Origin: an uncultured Clostridium sp.
GTDB taxonomy: Bacteria > Bacillota > Clostridia > TANB77 > CAG-508
Reading direction: 5' to 3'
DNA length: 64,000 nt
NCBI GenBank assembly: GCA_947648765.1
Contig: CANSOY010000001.1
Span: 7,016-71,015 of the forward strand
Shown here: piece by piece, positions 19,318-29,047 of the stretch
How the letters are laid out: each line of letters opens with the position of its first letter
How positions within the stretch are numbered: position 1 is the first letter of the stretch
Made by a program: the position numbers and the translations under genes
Notes under the pieces: model-generated
The model's database searches: none
Seen by the model: the letters and a program-made list of their open reading frames with translations, nothing else
Told to the model about the DNA's origin: nothing

Positions 19318-20397
19318 TTAGGAGTTCTCCATCGTTAATGCTAAGTTCTTCTTCTCTTCTTCCACTGCTTTTATGAGATCCTTTTCCGTTGGTAGATGTA
19401 GTTTATATTCCGAAGCAAAAATGCTGTCGTTTTCCTCTGGCAAGGTATATTTTACAACGGTTTCGTTTTTCTCTGTACTAAGCAGTATTCCAACTGTCCT
19501 GTTTTCCTCTTTGCTTTTGACATCTCGGTCATAATAATTGACATACATTTGCATTTGACCTAAATCTTGGTGGGTAATCTTTCCAATCTTTAGGTCAATG
19601 ATGACAAAGCATTTGAGCAATCGGTTATAGAATACTAAGTCAGGATAAAAGTGGTCTTCGCCTAACGTTATTCTTACTTGACTTCCCACAAACATAAAGC
19701 CTTTTCCTAGTTCTAGCAAAAATTCCTTCAAATGGGCTAATATGTTCTTTTCTAGATCGGTTTCTAAATAGTCTGTATTTTCTTGAATATTCAGAAACTC
19801 TAATACAAATGGGTCTTTGACTAAGTCTTTTCCTTCTTTCAAAATCTGCCCTTCTTTTGCTAGTTCCAAAATGGCTTCTTTATCCTTGGATAAAACTAGT
19901 CTTTCATACAGCAAGGAGTTTTTTTGCCTTTGTAGTTCTCGTACACTCCATCTCGCATTGATACTTTCTTTTAAGTAAAAATTTCTTTTGGGTTCTTCTT
20001 CAATTTTGATTAGTTCTAAATAATGGGACCAACTCAAAAGCGACGACAGTGTTGTCGCTTTTGGAAAATAAATATAAAATTTTCTCATTCTTTCTAAATT
20101 TCTTTTTGAAAATCCCTTGCCAAATTCATTGGTCAGTTTTTCGGATAACTTTTCTAAGACTGCATTTCCATAACTGGCTCTTTCGTCGCCTTGTTGGATT
20201 TCCATAATAATTTTCCCAATGTTCCAATACAAGTTTAACATTTCCGTATTGACTGTACTGTATACTCTTTCTCGACTGCGATTTACCAGATTTCGAATTT
20301 CTTCAAAAATGGGATTTACCTTTTCTTCTTTTAATGCAATTTCATTTTTCATACTTTGTACCTCTTTCCTTTGTGTCTTCGCTTTAGTTCGGATCAT
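19318..20397 (-). CDS. YhcG/DUF1016-family PDDEXK nuclease-like protein
   Basis: N-terminal DUF1016-like region and a C-terminal PD-(D/E)xK-like region (VIIDLKIGK). Confidence 0.55.
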   Translation of the reverse strand: MIRTKAKTQRKEVQSMKNEIALKEEKVNPIFEEIRNLVNRSRERVYSTVNTEMLNLYWNIGKIIMEIQQGDERASYGNAVLEKLSEKLTNEFGKGFSKRNLERMRKFYIYFPKATTLSSLLSWSHYLELIKIEEEPKRNFYLKESINARWSVRELQRQKNSLLYERLVLSKDKEAILELAKEGQILKEGKDLVKDPFVLEFLNIQENTDYLETDLEKNILAHLKEFLLELGKGFMFVGSQVRITLGEDHFYPDLVFYNRLLKCFVIIDLKIGKITHQDLGQMQMYVNYYDRDVKSKEENRTVGILLSTEKNETVVKYTLPEENDSIFASEYKLHLPTEKDLIKAVEEEKKNLALTMENS

Positions 20398-20731
20398 TTT
20401 CGGTTTATTGGTACATTTTATGGTATGTTTTGCGATTAGACAATATTTGTCCTATTTATATCATTTTTTCCATAAAATTACAAGGCTTTTACCGCTTGCT
20501 TTTTTCAAAAATTCTTGCTACAATTTTCCGACGATTACGAGGTAGACTTTGAGAAACGGCACAGCGGAGATTTTATCAACCGGTTTGAAACCGACCCCTT
20601 TGATTTACGCTAACCACATACTGCAAAACTCGAAAACGGCACTTTCCAACAAATGCTGTTTTCGGGTTTTCTTTTCCTTTCCCTTCCCACGTTCCGTAAG
20701 CATTTTTTCTTTGGCTAGTCATTCGGTTTCC

Positions 20732-20760
20732 TTGACATCCTTTTTGATTAAACATATAAT
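20732..20760 (+). promoter_or_regulatory. sigma-A promoter (TTGACA-17-TATAAT) for por operon
   Basis: Perfect consensus hexamers about 70 nt upstream of porC. Confidence 0.5.
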
Positions 20761-20828
20761 AAGTTTGAAGTAAGACTTGGTGCTAAATTCCAATCTTTCT
20801 TCATATTTTTAATAAGGAGGCTTTCATT

Positions 20829-21407
20829 ATGAGTGACTTAATTGAAATTAGATGGCATGGTAGAGGCGGACAAGGTGCCAAAACTGCATCTTTGCTACTC
20901 GCAGACGCTGCTTTTAATACGGGCAAATACATTCAAGGTTTCCCAGAATATGGGCCAGAAAGAATGGGTGCTCCTATTACAGCATACAACCGTATTAGCA
21001 CGTCTCCAATTCGTATTCATAGTAATGTTTACGAGCCTGACTATGTTGTTGTCGTAGATGATACTCTTTTGGAAAGTGTTGATGTAACCGCTGGTCTAAA
21101 GACTTCTGGTGCTCTTATCATTAACACCACAAAAGATGCAGATTATCTCAAAAAAGTGTTACCAAATTACCAAGGTGCAATCTACACCATTGATGCAAGA
21201 AGAGTATCCATGGAAACACTTGGTAGATATTTCCCAAATACACCAATGCTTGCAGCAATCGTAAAAGTAAGTAATATTATGGGCGAAGCAGAATTCTTAG
21301 AAGATATGAAATCTTCTTTCGGTCATAAATTCGCCAAAAAGCCTGAAGTAATTGAAGGAAATATGAAAGCATTAGAAATGGCTTTGAAAGAAGTGAAGAA
21401 AATATAA
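20829..21407 (+). CDS. porC: pyruvate/2-oxoacid:ferredoxin oxidoreductase gamma subunit
   Basis: RWHGRGGQGA motif. 192 aa. Confidence 0.8.
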   Translation: MSDLIEIRWHGRGGQGAKTASLLLADAAFNTGKYIQGFPEYGPERMGAPITAYNRISTSPIRIHSNVYEPDYVVVVDDTLLESVDVTAGLKTSGALIINTTKDADYLKKVLPNYQGAIYTIDARRVSMETLGRYFPNTPMLAAIVKVSNIMGEAEFLEDMKSSFGHKFAKKPEVIEGNMKALEMALKEVKKI

Positions 21408-21458
21408 GTTTTAGGACCTTTAGAAACCTAAATTTTTGATAAAGGATGGACTTTATAT

Positions 21459-21761
21459 ATGGCAAAAATGAATATTGATAAAAATACGCCATGGCAAGAT
21501 TTAACGCCTGGCGGAGTCATTACACAATCTGGTAATGCGCAAGAGTTCAAAACTGGCGACTGGAGAAGTGCAAAACCAATTTTCTTATCCGAAAAATGTA
21601 AACAATGCGGTCTTTGTTACCCAGTTTGCCCAGATAATTCGATTCCAGTTGGACCAGATGGAAATCGTACCGATTTTAATTATGATTACTGCAAAGGATG
21701 TGGCGTTTGTGCCAAGGTATGTCCCTTTGGAGCAATTGAGATGAGTAAGGAGGGAAATTAG
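21459..21761 (+). CDS. porD: 2-oxoacid:ferredoxin oxidoreductase delta subunit (2x[4Fe-4S] ferredoxin)
   Basis: Two CxxCxxCxxxCP motifs. Confidence 0.8.
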   Translation: MAKMNIDKNTPWQDLTPGGVITQSGNAQEFKTGDWRSAKPIFLSEKCKQCGLCYPVCPDNSIPVGPDGNRTDFNYDYCKGCGVCAKVCPFGAIEMSKEGN

Positions 21762-21762
21762 T

Positions 21763-22971
21763 ATGGGAATTCGTGAACGTTTAAGTGGTAACGAGGCTTC
21801 TGCGATTGCTATGAAGCAAATTAATCCAGATGTTGTTGCTGCATTTCCAATTACACCTTCTACTGAAATACCACAATATTTTTCAAGTTTTGTTAGCAAT
21901 GGTTTAGTCGACACGGAATTCGTTGCGGTAGAGAGTGAGCATAGTGCGATGAGTGCTTGTATTGGAGCAGAAGCAGCTGGAGCAAGAGCCATGACTGCAA
22001 CCTCTTCCAATGGTCTTTCTTTTATGTGGGAGATGATTTACATTGCATCTAGCAGTCGTCTTCCAATCGTTATGTCTTTGGTAAATCGTGCTGTTTCTGG
22101 TCCACTTAATATCCATAACGACCATTCGGACGCAATGGGAGTTCGTGATAGTGGCTGGATTATGCTTTTCTCAGAGAATAACCAAGAGGCTTATGATAAT
22201 CTTCTTATGGCACATCGTATTGCAGAGCATAAAGATGTTATGCTTCCTTTAATGGTTTGCCAAGATGGATTTATTACTTCTCATTCAATCGAAAATATCG
22301 AGTTATTAGAGGATGAAAAAGTAAAAGAATTTGTTGGAACTTATCATCCAGACCATTACTTATTAAATAAACAAGAGCCTATTTCAGTTGGTCCAATGGA
22401 TTTACAAGCCTTTTTAGCAGAACATAAATATCAACAAGCAGTTGCTATGCGAAAGGCAAAACAAGTTATTTTAGAGGTGGCTCAAGATTTTGAAAAAATG
22501 ACTGGTAGAAAGTACTCTTTCTTTGAAAAATATCGCTTAGAAGATGCTGAAATTGCTATCGTTTGTATGAATTCTACTGCTGGTACCACCAAAGATGTGG
22601 TCGATAGCCTTCGTGAAAAAGGAATTAAAGCAGGTCTTTTGAAACTTCGTGTTTTCCGACCTTTCCCAGCAGAGGAATTAGCAGAAGCACTTCGTAAAAC
22701 CAATGTAAAAGCACTTGCTGTTTTAGATAAAGCAGACTCCTTAAATGCTGCTGGTGGTGCACTATTCTCAGACCTTACTTCTGCACTTTATACCAATGGT
22801 GTATCCATCCCAACCTTAAGTTATATCTATGGAATTGGTGGAAGAGATACTACCAGTAAACATATTGAATCCGTTTATGAAGATTTACAAGAAGTCGTAA
22901 AAACAGGGTCAATTCAAAATCCATACCGCCATTTAGGCGTTCGTGGATTAGACCAAAGAAAGGATGGTTAG
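21763..22971 (+). CDS. porA: 2-oxoacid:ferredoxin oxidoreductase alpha subunit
   Basis: 402 aa, typical PorA length. Start overlaps the porD stop (translational coupling). Confidence 0.8.
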   Translation: MGIRERLSGNEASAIAMKQINPDVVAAFPITPSTEIPQYFSSFVSNGLVDTEFVAVESEHSAMSACIGAEAAGARAMTATSSNGLSFMWEMIYIASSSRLPIVMSLVNRAVSGPLNIHNDHSDAMGVRDSGWIMLFSENNQEAYDNLLMAHRIAEHKDVMLPLMVCQDGFITSHSIENIELLEDEKVKEFVGTYHPDHYLLNKQEPISVGPMDLQAFLAEHKYQQAVAMRKAKQVILEVAQDFEKMTGRKYSFFEKYRLEDAEIAIVCMNSTAGTTKDVVDSLREKGIKAGLLKLRVFRPFPAEELAEALRKTNVKALAVLDKADSLNAAGGALFSDLTSALYTNGVSIPTLSYIYGIGGRDTTSKHIESVYEDLQEVVKTGSIQNPYRHLGVRGLDQRKDG

Positions 22972-23932
22972 AACTATGGCATATAATTTGAAAGAAGTTA
23001 TGACAAAATCAGACCGTTTTACATCTGGACATAGAATGTGTGCTGGATGTGGTGCTCCTCCTGTTGCTCGCATGGTACTCCGTGCAGTAAAACCAGAAGA
23101 CCATGTTGTTGTTTCCAATGCAACTGGTTGTATGGAGGTTTCTACTTGTATGTATCCATATACTGCTTGGACAGACTCATACATTCACACAGCATTTGAG
23201 AATGCTGCATCCACTTGTTCTGGGGCAGAAGCAGCGTATAAATCCTTGAAAAAGCAAGGAAAATTACCAGAGGACCAAGTAACCAAATTCATTACATTTG
23301 GCGGTGATGGTGGTACCTATGATATCGGTCTTCAATCTCTTTCTGGTGCAATGGAAAGAGGACATGATATGGTATATGTTTGCTACGATAATGGAGCATA
23401 CATGAATACTGGTATCCAACGTTCTTCTGCTACACCAAGATTTGCAGATACTACCACAACACCTGCTGGAAAAGTAGTTCCAGGAAAAATGCAAGAAAGA
23501 AAAGATTTGACCAGTATTATGGTCTCCCATCATATCCCTTATGTTGCACAAACACTTTGCATGGGAAATTTCAAAGACCTTTATGAGAAAGCTGAAAAAG
23601 CAATCTACACATCAGGACCAGCTTTCTTAAATGTAATGGCTCCATGTCCTCGTGGTTGGGGTTATCCAACAGACCAGTTAATGCAAATTAACAAATTGGC
23701 AGCAGACACTTGCTACTGGCCTATGTATGAAGTTGTCGATGGAAAATATACCATTACTTATAAACCAGCAAAGAAATTGCCTATTGAAGAATTTTTACGT
23801 CCACAAAAGAGATTTGCACATTTATTCAAACCAGGAAATGAGTGGATGATTGAGGAATTTCAAAAGACAGTTGACGAAAGATGGGAGCAACTACTTGCTC
23901 TTGAAAAATTAACCAATCAAGAAGAGGCTTAA
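22964..23932 (+). CDS. porB: 2-oxoacid:ferredoxin oxidoreductase beta subunit (TPP-binding)
   Basis: TPP motif GDGGTYDIG and Cys ligands. Confidence 0.8.
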   Translation: MVRTMAYNLKEVMTKSDRFTSGHRMCAGCGAPPVARMVLRAVKPEDHVVVSNATGCMEVSTCMYPYTAWTDSYIHTAFENAASTCSGAEAAYKSLKKQGKLPEDQVTKFITFGGDGGTYDIGLQSLSGAMERGHDMVYVCYDNGAYMNTGIQRSSATPRFADTTTTPAGKVVPGKMQERKDLTSIMVSHHIPYVAQTLCMGNFKDLYEKAEKAIYTSGPAFLNVMAPCPRGWGYPTDQLMQINKLAADTCYWPMYEVVDGKYTITYKPAKKLPIEEFLRPQKRFAHLFKPGNEWMIEEFQKTVDERWEQLLALEKLTNQEEA

Positions 23933-23964
23933 GCATAATAAAAGAGGAGAATGTATCTCCTCTT

Positions 23965-25383
23965 TTATTGTTTTATTTTTTTCGCAAGTTTAATCGAAAT
24001 TCCGCCAATTCCTAGGCTTAGAATACCGATAGTTGCAATCCACACATATGGTATCCATTTTTTTGGTTGCTGCTCTGTGTTTTCACTTCCAAATGGTGGC
24101 AAAATAGTTACTGGCAAGGCAGTTGCAGTCAATCGATAAGTTGCAGTCGAAGAAGAACCAACATCAAAAACTAAATCACAAGTTGCACTATTTTCATATA
24201 CTGCATCATCTAACTGTTCTGGTGTAATGACTGTACTAAGTACTAATTTCACAGTATTTCCATCATTATTGGTAACCACATCTTCTCCTTCTTGACGCCA
24301 TCCATAAAAAGCATTTGTTTTCGTTGGTTCTGTTAGTAACTTATGACTTTGCGAAAAGGATAGTTGTTCGTCCTTATGATCCTGAATCCTACAACTAATA
24401 ATATCGCCTGAGCCATAATAGGCATAACGAGAACCTGCCATTTCATATTCAATCTCTAGCAAGGCTCCATGAATAAATTCTTCGTCTACAGTTATAACAA
24501 TTCCTTCTGAGCTAAAAATTGTATTGAGCCCACTTCCAATTGGTGTTAATGTAGATGTCCTTACACCAAATTGTTTAATATAGTCTAGGACATAGCCCAA
24601 TAACTGTGCTTCTACTTGCCCCAAGCTACTAACAGTTGTTGTAACCATTTCGTAAATTCCAGTTGTTAGTTTATCCATATTCGTATTGCTAGATGGGCTT
24701 ACATTTGACAAGATACCATACATAGCAATCATATTATCACTAAGGTCTCTTAATACCACATTGGCATCCATACATACTTGCTCATCTTGTAATCCATCTG
24801 TGATTAACACAATCTGTTGTGCTAAATCATTGTTTCGCCCTCCAGAACTATTTTCGGTCATAATGTTCAATGTAATATCTAACGCATCTTTTAGACTTTG
24901 GTCTTGGCTCGTATTTAGATTAGCAATCTCGTTTCTAATTTGTGTTTTCCCAGTTTTCAACACATTTGTTGTACTCCCTGCTCCAGTTGATGGAATATCT
25001 TTGAATGGGATAATTCCAATTCGAATTTTGTTGGATAATGCACTTCCATCAGCAGGATTTCCATAAAACGCATATAGTTGCTCTAGGAAAGAATTTATTC
25101 CATATTTAATAGTTTCCACAGCAGTTGCATCTTCTGCTTTTACTAAAAAGATCAAATTGAGGTCCTTGAAATTGTTAGCACCCACATTTGGTTGGGATTG
25201 GAGTGTTCCTGTTTCGATTAGCATATTGCTAAAAACCGTTCCATCTGCTAGTGTTAATCGGACAGCACGAATATCTTTTGTAAAATTAGCCGTATTGCAA
25301 ACTGCATTTGTTTTACTTGGTAATAGGAAGATTAAACTTGACAAAATAATTAACATACAAGTCCATATTTTTATCTTTTTCAT
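23965..25383 (-). CDS. surface protein with von Willebrand factor A-like domain, N-terminal signal peptide and C-terminal TM anchor
   Basis: Signal peptide. MIDAS-like IVLITDGLQDEQ. C-terminal hydrophobic helix followed by KKIKQ. Confidence 0.45.
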   Translation of the reverse strand: MKKIKIWTCMLIILSSLIFLLPSKTNAVCNTANFTKDIRAVRLTLADGTVFSNMLIETGTLQSQPNVGANNFKDLNLIFLVKAEDATAVETIKYGINSFLEQLYAFYGNPADGSALSNKIRIGIIPFKDIPSTGAGSTTNVLKTGKTQIRNEIANLNTSQDQSLKDALDITLNIMTENSSGGRNNDLAQQIVLITDGLQDEQVCMDANVVLRDLSDNMIAMYGILSNVSPSSNTNMDKLTTGIYEMVTTTVSSLGQVEAQLLGYVLDYIKQFGVRTSTLTPIGSGLNTIFSSEGIVITVDEEFIHGALLEIEYEMAGSRYAYYGSGDIISCRIQDHKDEQLSFSQSHKLLTEPTKTNAFYGWRQEGEDVVTNNDGNTVKLVLSTVITPEQLDDAVYENSATCDLVFDVGSSSTATYRLTATALPVTILPPFGSENTEQQPKKWIPYVWIATIGILSLGIGGISIKLAKKIKQ

Positions 25384-25398
25384 AACTTCTCCACTTCT

Positions 25399-26865
25399 TT
25401 ATCCTTGGTTTGCGATTAAAACACAACGGAAACTATACGAACCAAAAGAATGTCCACTATGGTTTGTAAAATCAAATAGTCCCGTATATTTTCCCCTGCT
25501 ATAATCTCCGCTTCTCAAGAAAAACCCTGCACTGTCTCGAATATAAATCGAGGTTTCTCCAAACCAAGAAGTATAACCGTTTCCTTTTTTGGATGTTTCA
25601 GCAATCGCATCTCCATATCGATTTTGATTAGCATCATAGTTTTGGTTTAAGGCTCCTGCATCCTCGCTGGATGCTTTGTAAACTGTACAATACTTGTTAC
25701 TTCCTGGTTTTTTCAAAATCGAAGAAGCATAGTTCTTCGCCTTTTCGTCCGTTTTTTCTAAATACCCTGCTGTATACTCGCTTGAGCCTCCATTCATATC
25801 ATAGATACCATATAGATTGCCCGTTGTACTGGCTAATTGTCCTTCTTTGGTGTACCACGCATAGGATTTATCCGCATAGTTATCTTGTAGCGCCTCTTGG
25901 ATTTCTTCTACATGGTTAGTCGTTGCAATTACAGTATTTCCCGCATATCCGGTAACCGTTTCTGCTCCTGCTACTGCTTTGGATACTTCTAAATTATTGA
26001 TAGATACTTTCGTTCCATTTCTTCCATATTGGCTATGAGCTAAATAAGCACAAGCCCCCCATTCACTATTCTTCATTAAATGGCTATCCGCTGCTCTATT
26101 CAATCCATACGGGTTTCCATCTTGTGGTAAAGCTTTTGCTAGGTTGTAAATTTCTCCAACAGAAATGTTGTTATAAGAATAGTTTTTTCCTAAAAATACT
26201 GGATAGGTGATTTTGGTGTCTTCTTTTTGGATTTTTCCAAATACATTCTTGCCATCTCTCTCATAGGTTAGATTAGTGTCTACGACTGGGATATTTTCGG
26301 ATGCTGTATTTTTTTGTCCTGCAAAGCCTGCTTCAAATTTAGAAACCCAAATACCTGTAATTTCCTTATCCCATTCGCCATTTGCAAATTGGTTTTCCGT
26401 TCCATCTTGGAAGGCTGGATGTACAATATATCCTAGTTTAGTAACATCTTTCCCTTCTTTATTATAATTCGTCATTCCTTGTAAAAATACAACCTCTATC
26501 TTTCCGGTTTGCTCTTCTCTATCCCATTGAATTTTGTATGCAAACCTTGGTATCCATACCCACATACTACCATCTTGTGTCATAGCATTTGCCCATCTAC
26601 TCGTTCCACCTGCTTCTGTTGCTTCTATTTGACGTATATATTCATACCAAGTTCCTTCTTTTTGTTCTTCTTGTCCTAATACCTTTGGTGTTTCGTTTCC
26701 TTCCTCAAAGGTAATAGCTTTCATTCCTTCTAACAAAACTGGTGGATTTTGGTTTTGGTCTGTTTTGGTTGGTTCGTCCTTCTTTGCAGTCATTACGCCA
26801 AAGGTAATTGCACTAATTCCAATGATAACTAAAATTCCGACAATTATTCCTATTTTTTGTTTCAT
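25399..26865 (-). CDS. membrane-anchored protein with formylglycine-generating-enzyme (FGE/SUMF1)-like domain
   Basis: N-terminal TM. Motifs YGIYDMNGG (compare YGLYDMxGNVWEW) and C-terminal FRCVL (compare GFRCV). Confidence 0.4.
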   Translation of the reverse strand: MKQKIGIIVGILVIIGISAITFGVMTAKKDEPTKTDQNQNPPVLLEGMKAITFEEGNETPKVLGQEEQKEGTWYEYIRQIEATEAGGTSRWANAMTQDGSMWVWIPRFAYKIQWDREEQTGKIEVVFLQGMTNYNKEGKDVTKLGYIVHPAFQDGTENQFANGEWDKEITGIWVSKFEAGFAGQKNTASENIPVVDTNLTYERDGKNVFGKIQKEDTKITYPVFLGKNYSYNNISVGEIYNLAKALPQDGNPYGLNRAADSHLMKNSEWGACAYLAHSQYGRNGTKVSINNLEVSKAVAGAETVTGYAGNTVIATTNHVEEIQEALQDNYADKSYAWYTKEGQLASTTGNLYGIYDMNGGSSEYTAGYLEKTDEKAKNYASSILKKPGSNKYCTVYKASSEDAGALNQNYDANQNRYGDAIAETSKKGNGYTSWFGETSIYIRDSAGFFLRSGDYSRGKYTGLFDFTNHSGHSFGSYSFRCVLIANQG

Positions 26866-26957
26866 TTGTTTTCTCCTCTTTTATCTACTATCTTCATTAT
26901 ATCTTACCACTAGATATTGTCAATCTTTAATTCACTTTTCTCCTTACTTTTTTGCAG

Positions 26958-26986
26958 TTGAACTTTACATAATTTTATGATATAAT
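26958..26986 (+). promoter_or_regulatory. sigma-A promoter (TTGAAC-17-TATAAT); 9-bp perfect IR (27030-27054) lies in its 5' UTR
   Basis: Hexamers with 17-nt spacing. The inverted repeat is acttagtga/tcactaagt. Confidence 0.35.
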
Positions 26987-27165
26987 GATTTCGTACATTC
27001 TATGTGAGCCAAGTGCTAGCATATTGTATACTTAGTGAAGGTCAGTCACTAAGTACCCCCTGCCATTATTTTAGGAGGGATTTATAAATACAACTGTTCA
27101 AAGTTTCCATCAAATTTGAGCAAAAGGGAAAATGGAGCGAGCGAGAAACAGATCTCGAAGGCTAT

Positions 27166-27618
27166 TTGGTAAAATCGAGTGAAATCGAGGACACAGTGCA
27201 AGGCTATGTTAGCTTGGCATACCCTAATCTATATGGGCATCTCCGCTATGTCAAAGGGTTATATACCCCTTATGGTTCGCTTATTTTTATGCAAATGAGT
27301 AACGCCTTTTCGATTACACCTGTCTGCTACTGTTTTCCCAACCCAGGCGAGCAGGGATATTGGTGTGAATACACCAATGAGTTCGGCTTTTTCCCAATTC
27401 TATCTGGACATGCCTGTTCCTTAGGTCATGCAACTCTCCAGATGGAAGAACTCACTGCTCAAGAAGAAATCTTACAAGAAACATTAGCCTTTTTCAAGAC
27501 AAATGCCAGTGATGCAACTTCTGTGAATTGCGACCTTATGAAAGACACACCATATCTTACGGATTTTCTCAAGCCTGACATTGTTTCCCAAATTGAACTC
27601 CACTGTGGAAAGTGGTAA
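27166..27618 (+). CDS. hypothetical Cys-containing protein in GC-rich cassette (start uncertain)
   Basis: GC-rich ORF on the strand opposite its neighbours, with its own promoter and a perfect hairpin terminator. Confidence 0.3.
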   Translation: MVKSSEIEDTVQGYVSLAYPNLYGHLRYVKGLYTPYGSLIFMQMSNAFSITPVCYCFPNPGEQGYWCEYTNEFGFFPILSGHACSLGHATLQMEELTAQEEILQETLAFFKTNASDATSVNCDLMKDTPYLTDFLKPDIVSQIELHCGKW

Positions 27619-27650
27619 CCTGACCAATCCCTGTTAGAGGACTCTAACAC

Positions 27651-27690
27651 AAAACACCAGTGATTTCTCACTGGTGTTTTTGTCTTTATT
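27651..27690 (+). terminator. rho-independent terminator
   Basis: aaaacaccagtga/tcactggtgtttt followed by a T-run. Confidence 0.5.
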
Positions 27691-29029
27691 TATTGAACGA
27701 ATATTCAAATTCTGTTCCTTCTCCCAATGTCATAGAAAATGTCTTTGTTACCGAATAAGTCGCATTTGGTTGATTTGCATTCTTAATGTTGACTTGATAA
27801 CGATAAACATAGTCATAAGTTTGGAAATCACTGACGCCAATTAAGTTCTTGGTAAAAAAGTTTGTTTTAATATATTCTTCAAAACTTGCTTGTGTTGGGA
27901 AATTACTGTTACGGTAACTTGCATTTAATTTCTGGTAAGCATAGCGGTAGTCTCCATCATTGATAGCAGAAAAGATTTTGGTTAAATTTAATTGCATTTT
28001 TCCTGCGGTATCTGCTTTGTTATATTGCTCTATAAACTCTGGTATATCTACTGTATAAGTGTCTAATAGAACGGTATAGTTCATCGGCGATACTGCTCGA
28101 ATAATATAGTAATTTTCATAATCGTCAATAAAGGTATATTGTGTGTATTCCTTTCTTTCGTCTACACGATACTGCTTCATTCCCTTTTTTTGATATTGGT
28201 TGATATAGTTTAAGTATTCTTCTTCAGACGCAAATTCCGAAATATCTTTGATGGCTTCTGGCAACATAGAAGCAAATTCGGTTTGCATTCTTGCTACATA
28301 TTGCCCATAACTAGAAGCATTTGGGTATTTTGCTTTTTGGTATTCTGCATCAAGTTTTGTGTAAGCATAATTTGGATAGTATGTGTTTTCGCGGATCCAA
28401 GTATCAAAATAACGGGTTATGATTTCTTCCTCGGTTGCTTTTACTTGTGTATATTTGTTGAATTTCTTTTGCTCGAGTTTGATTGGCGCTAATTCGTTTT
28501 TCTCTGTTTTGTAGTTCTCATAGGCTGTTTTTGAAATTGGCTCGATTGCAAAAGTAGCGGTTTCGCCATCTACATAAACAATGGCATAACATTCTTTTCC
28601 TTGGTGGTTATCTGGTTCAATGATACCATAAACAAGATAAATTGGGCTTGTAATATCGTCTTTGTAGTAGATTTCTCTTGCACGAAATGTAGTTCCCTCT
28701 CCACTATCTACTTTTGCAATGGTAATTGCATTGGAATTGGTAACTCGTTTTGCTGTTTTATAGTGCTCTGTTAAAATGTTATATACCGCTTCTTCATTGC
28801 CCATTCTAAGGTATAGATAGTAATTGGACATCATTTTCTCGATGGAAAAAAACTCTTCATAACCGCGAACTGGTATGATTTTTTCTTCTACCTCTAGTGT
28901 AATATTATCGTCTAGGTTTTCAGCATATTCTTTGGCCTTTTTCTCTTGATTTAAGCGGATGATAAGAATTCCAGCTAGAATTATTAAAAGTATGATGATA
29001 AGAATAATGATAACTTTTACTTTTTTCAA
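27686..29029 (-). CDS. hypothetical bitopic membrane protein (T4SS-like cluster)
   Basis: N-terminal TM followed by a Y/N-rich extracytoplasmic domain. Confidence 0.4.
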   Translation of the reverse strand: MKKVKVIIILIIILLIILAGILIIRLNQEKKAKEYAENLDDNITLEVEEKIIPVRGYEEFFSIEKMMSNYYLYLRMGNEEAVYNILTEHYKTAKRVTNSNAITIAKVDSGEGTTFRAREIYYKDDITSPIYLVYGIIEPDNHQGKECYAIVYVDGETATFAIEPISKTAYENYKTEKNELAPIKLEQKKFNKYTQVKATEEEIITRYFDTWIRENTYYPNYAYTKLDAEYQKAKYPNASSYGQYVARMQTEFASMLPEAIKDISEFASEEEYLNYINQYQKKGMKQYRVDERKEYTQYTFIDDYENYYIIRAVSPMNYTVLLDTYTVDIPEFIEQYNKADTAGKMQLNLTKIFSAINDGDYRYAYQKLNASYRNSNFPTQASFEEYIKTNFFTKNLIGVSDFQTYDYVYRYQVNIKNANQPNATYSVTKTFSMTLGEGTEFEYSFNK

Positions 29030-29047
29030 AACATCGTACTCCTTTCC

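Noticed and set aside
20549-20773. 74-aa plus-strand ORF upstream of porC
   Set aside because: It has no Shine-Dalgarno and overlaps the consensus por promoter. The composition is typical of an AT-rich intergenic region.
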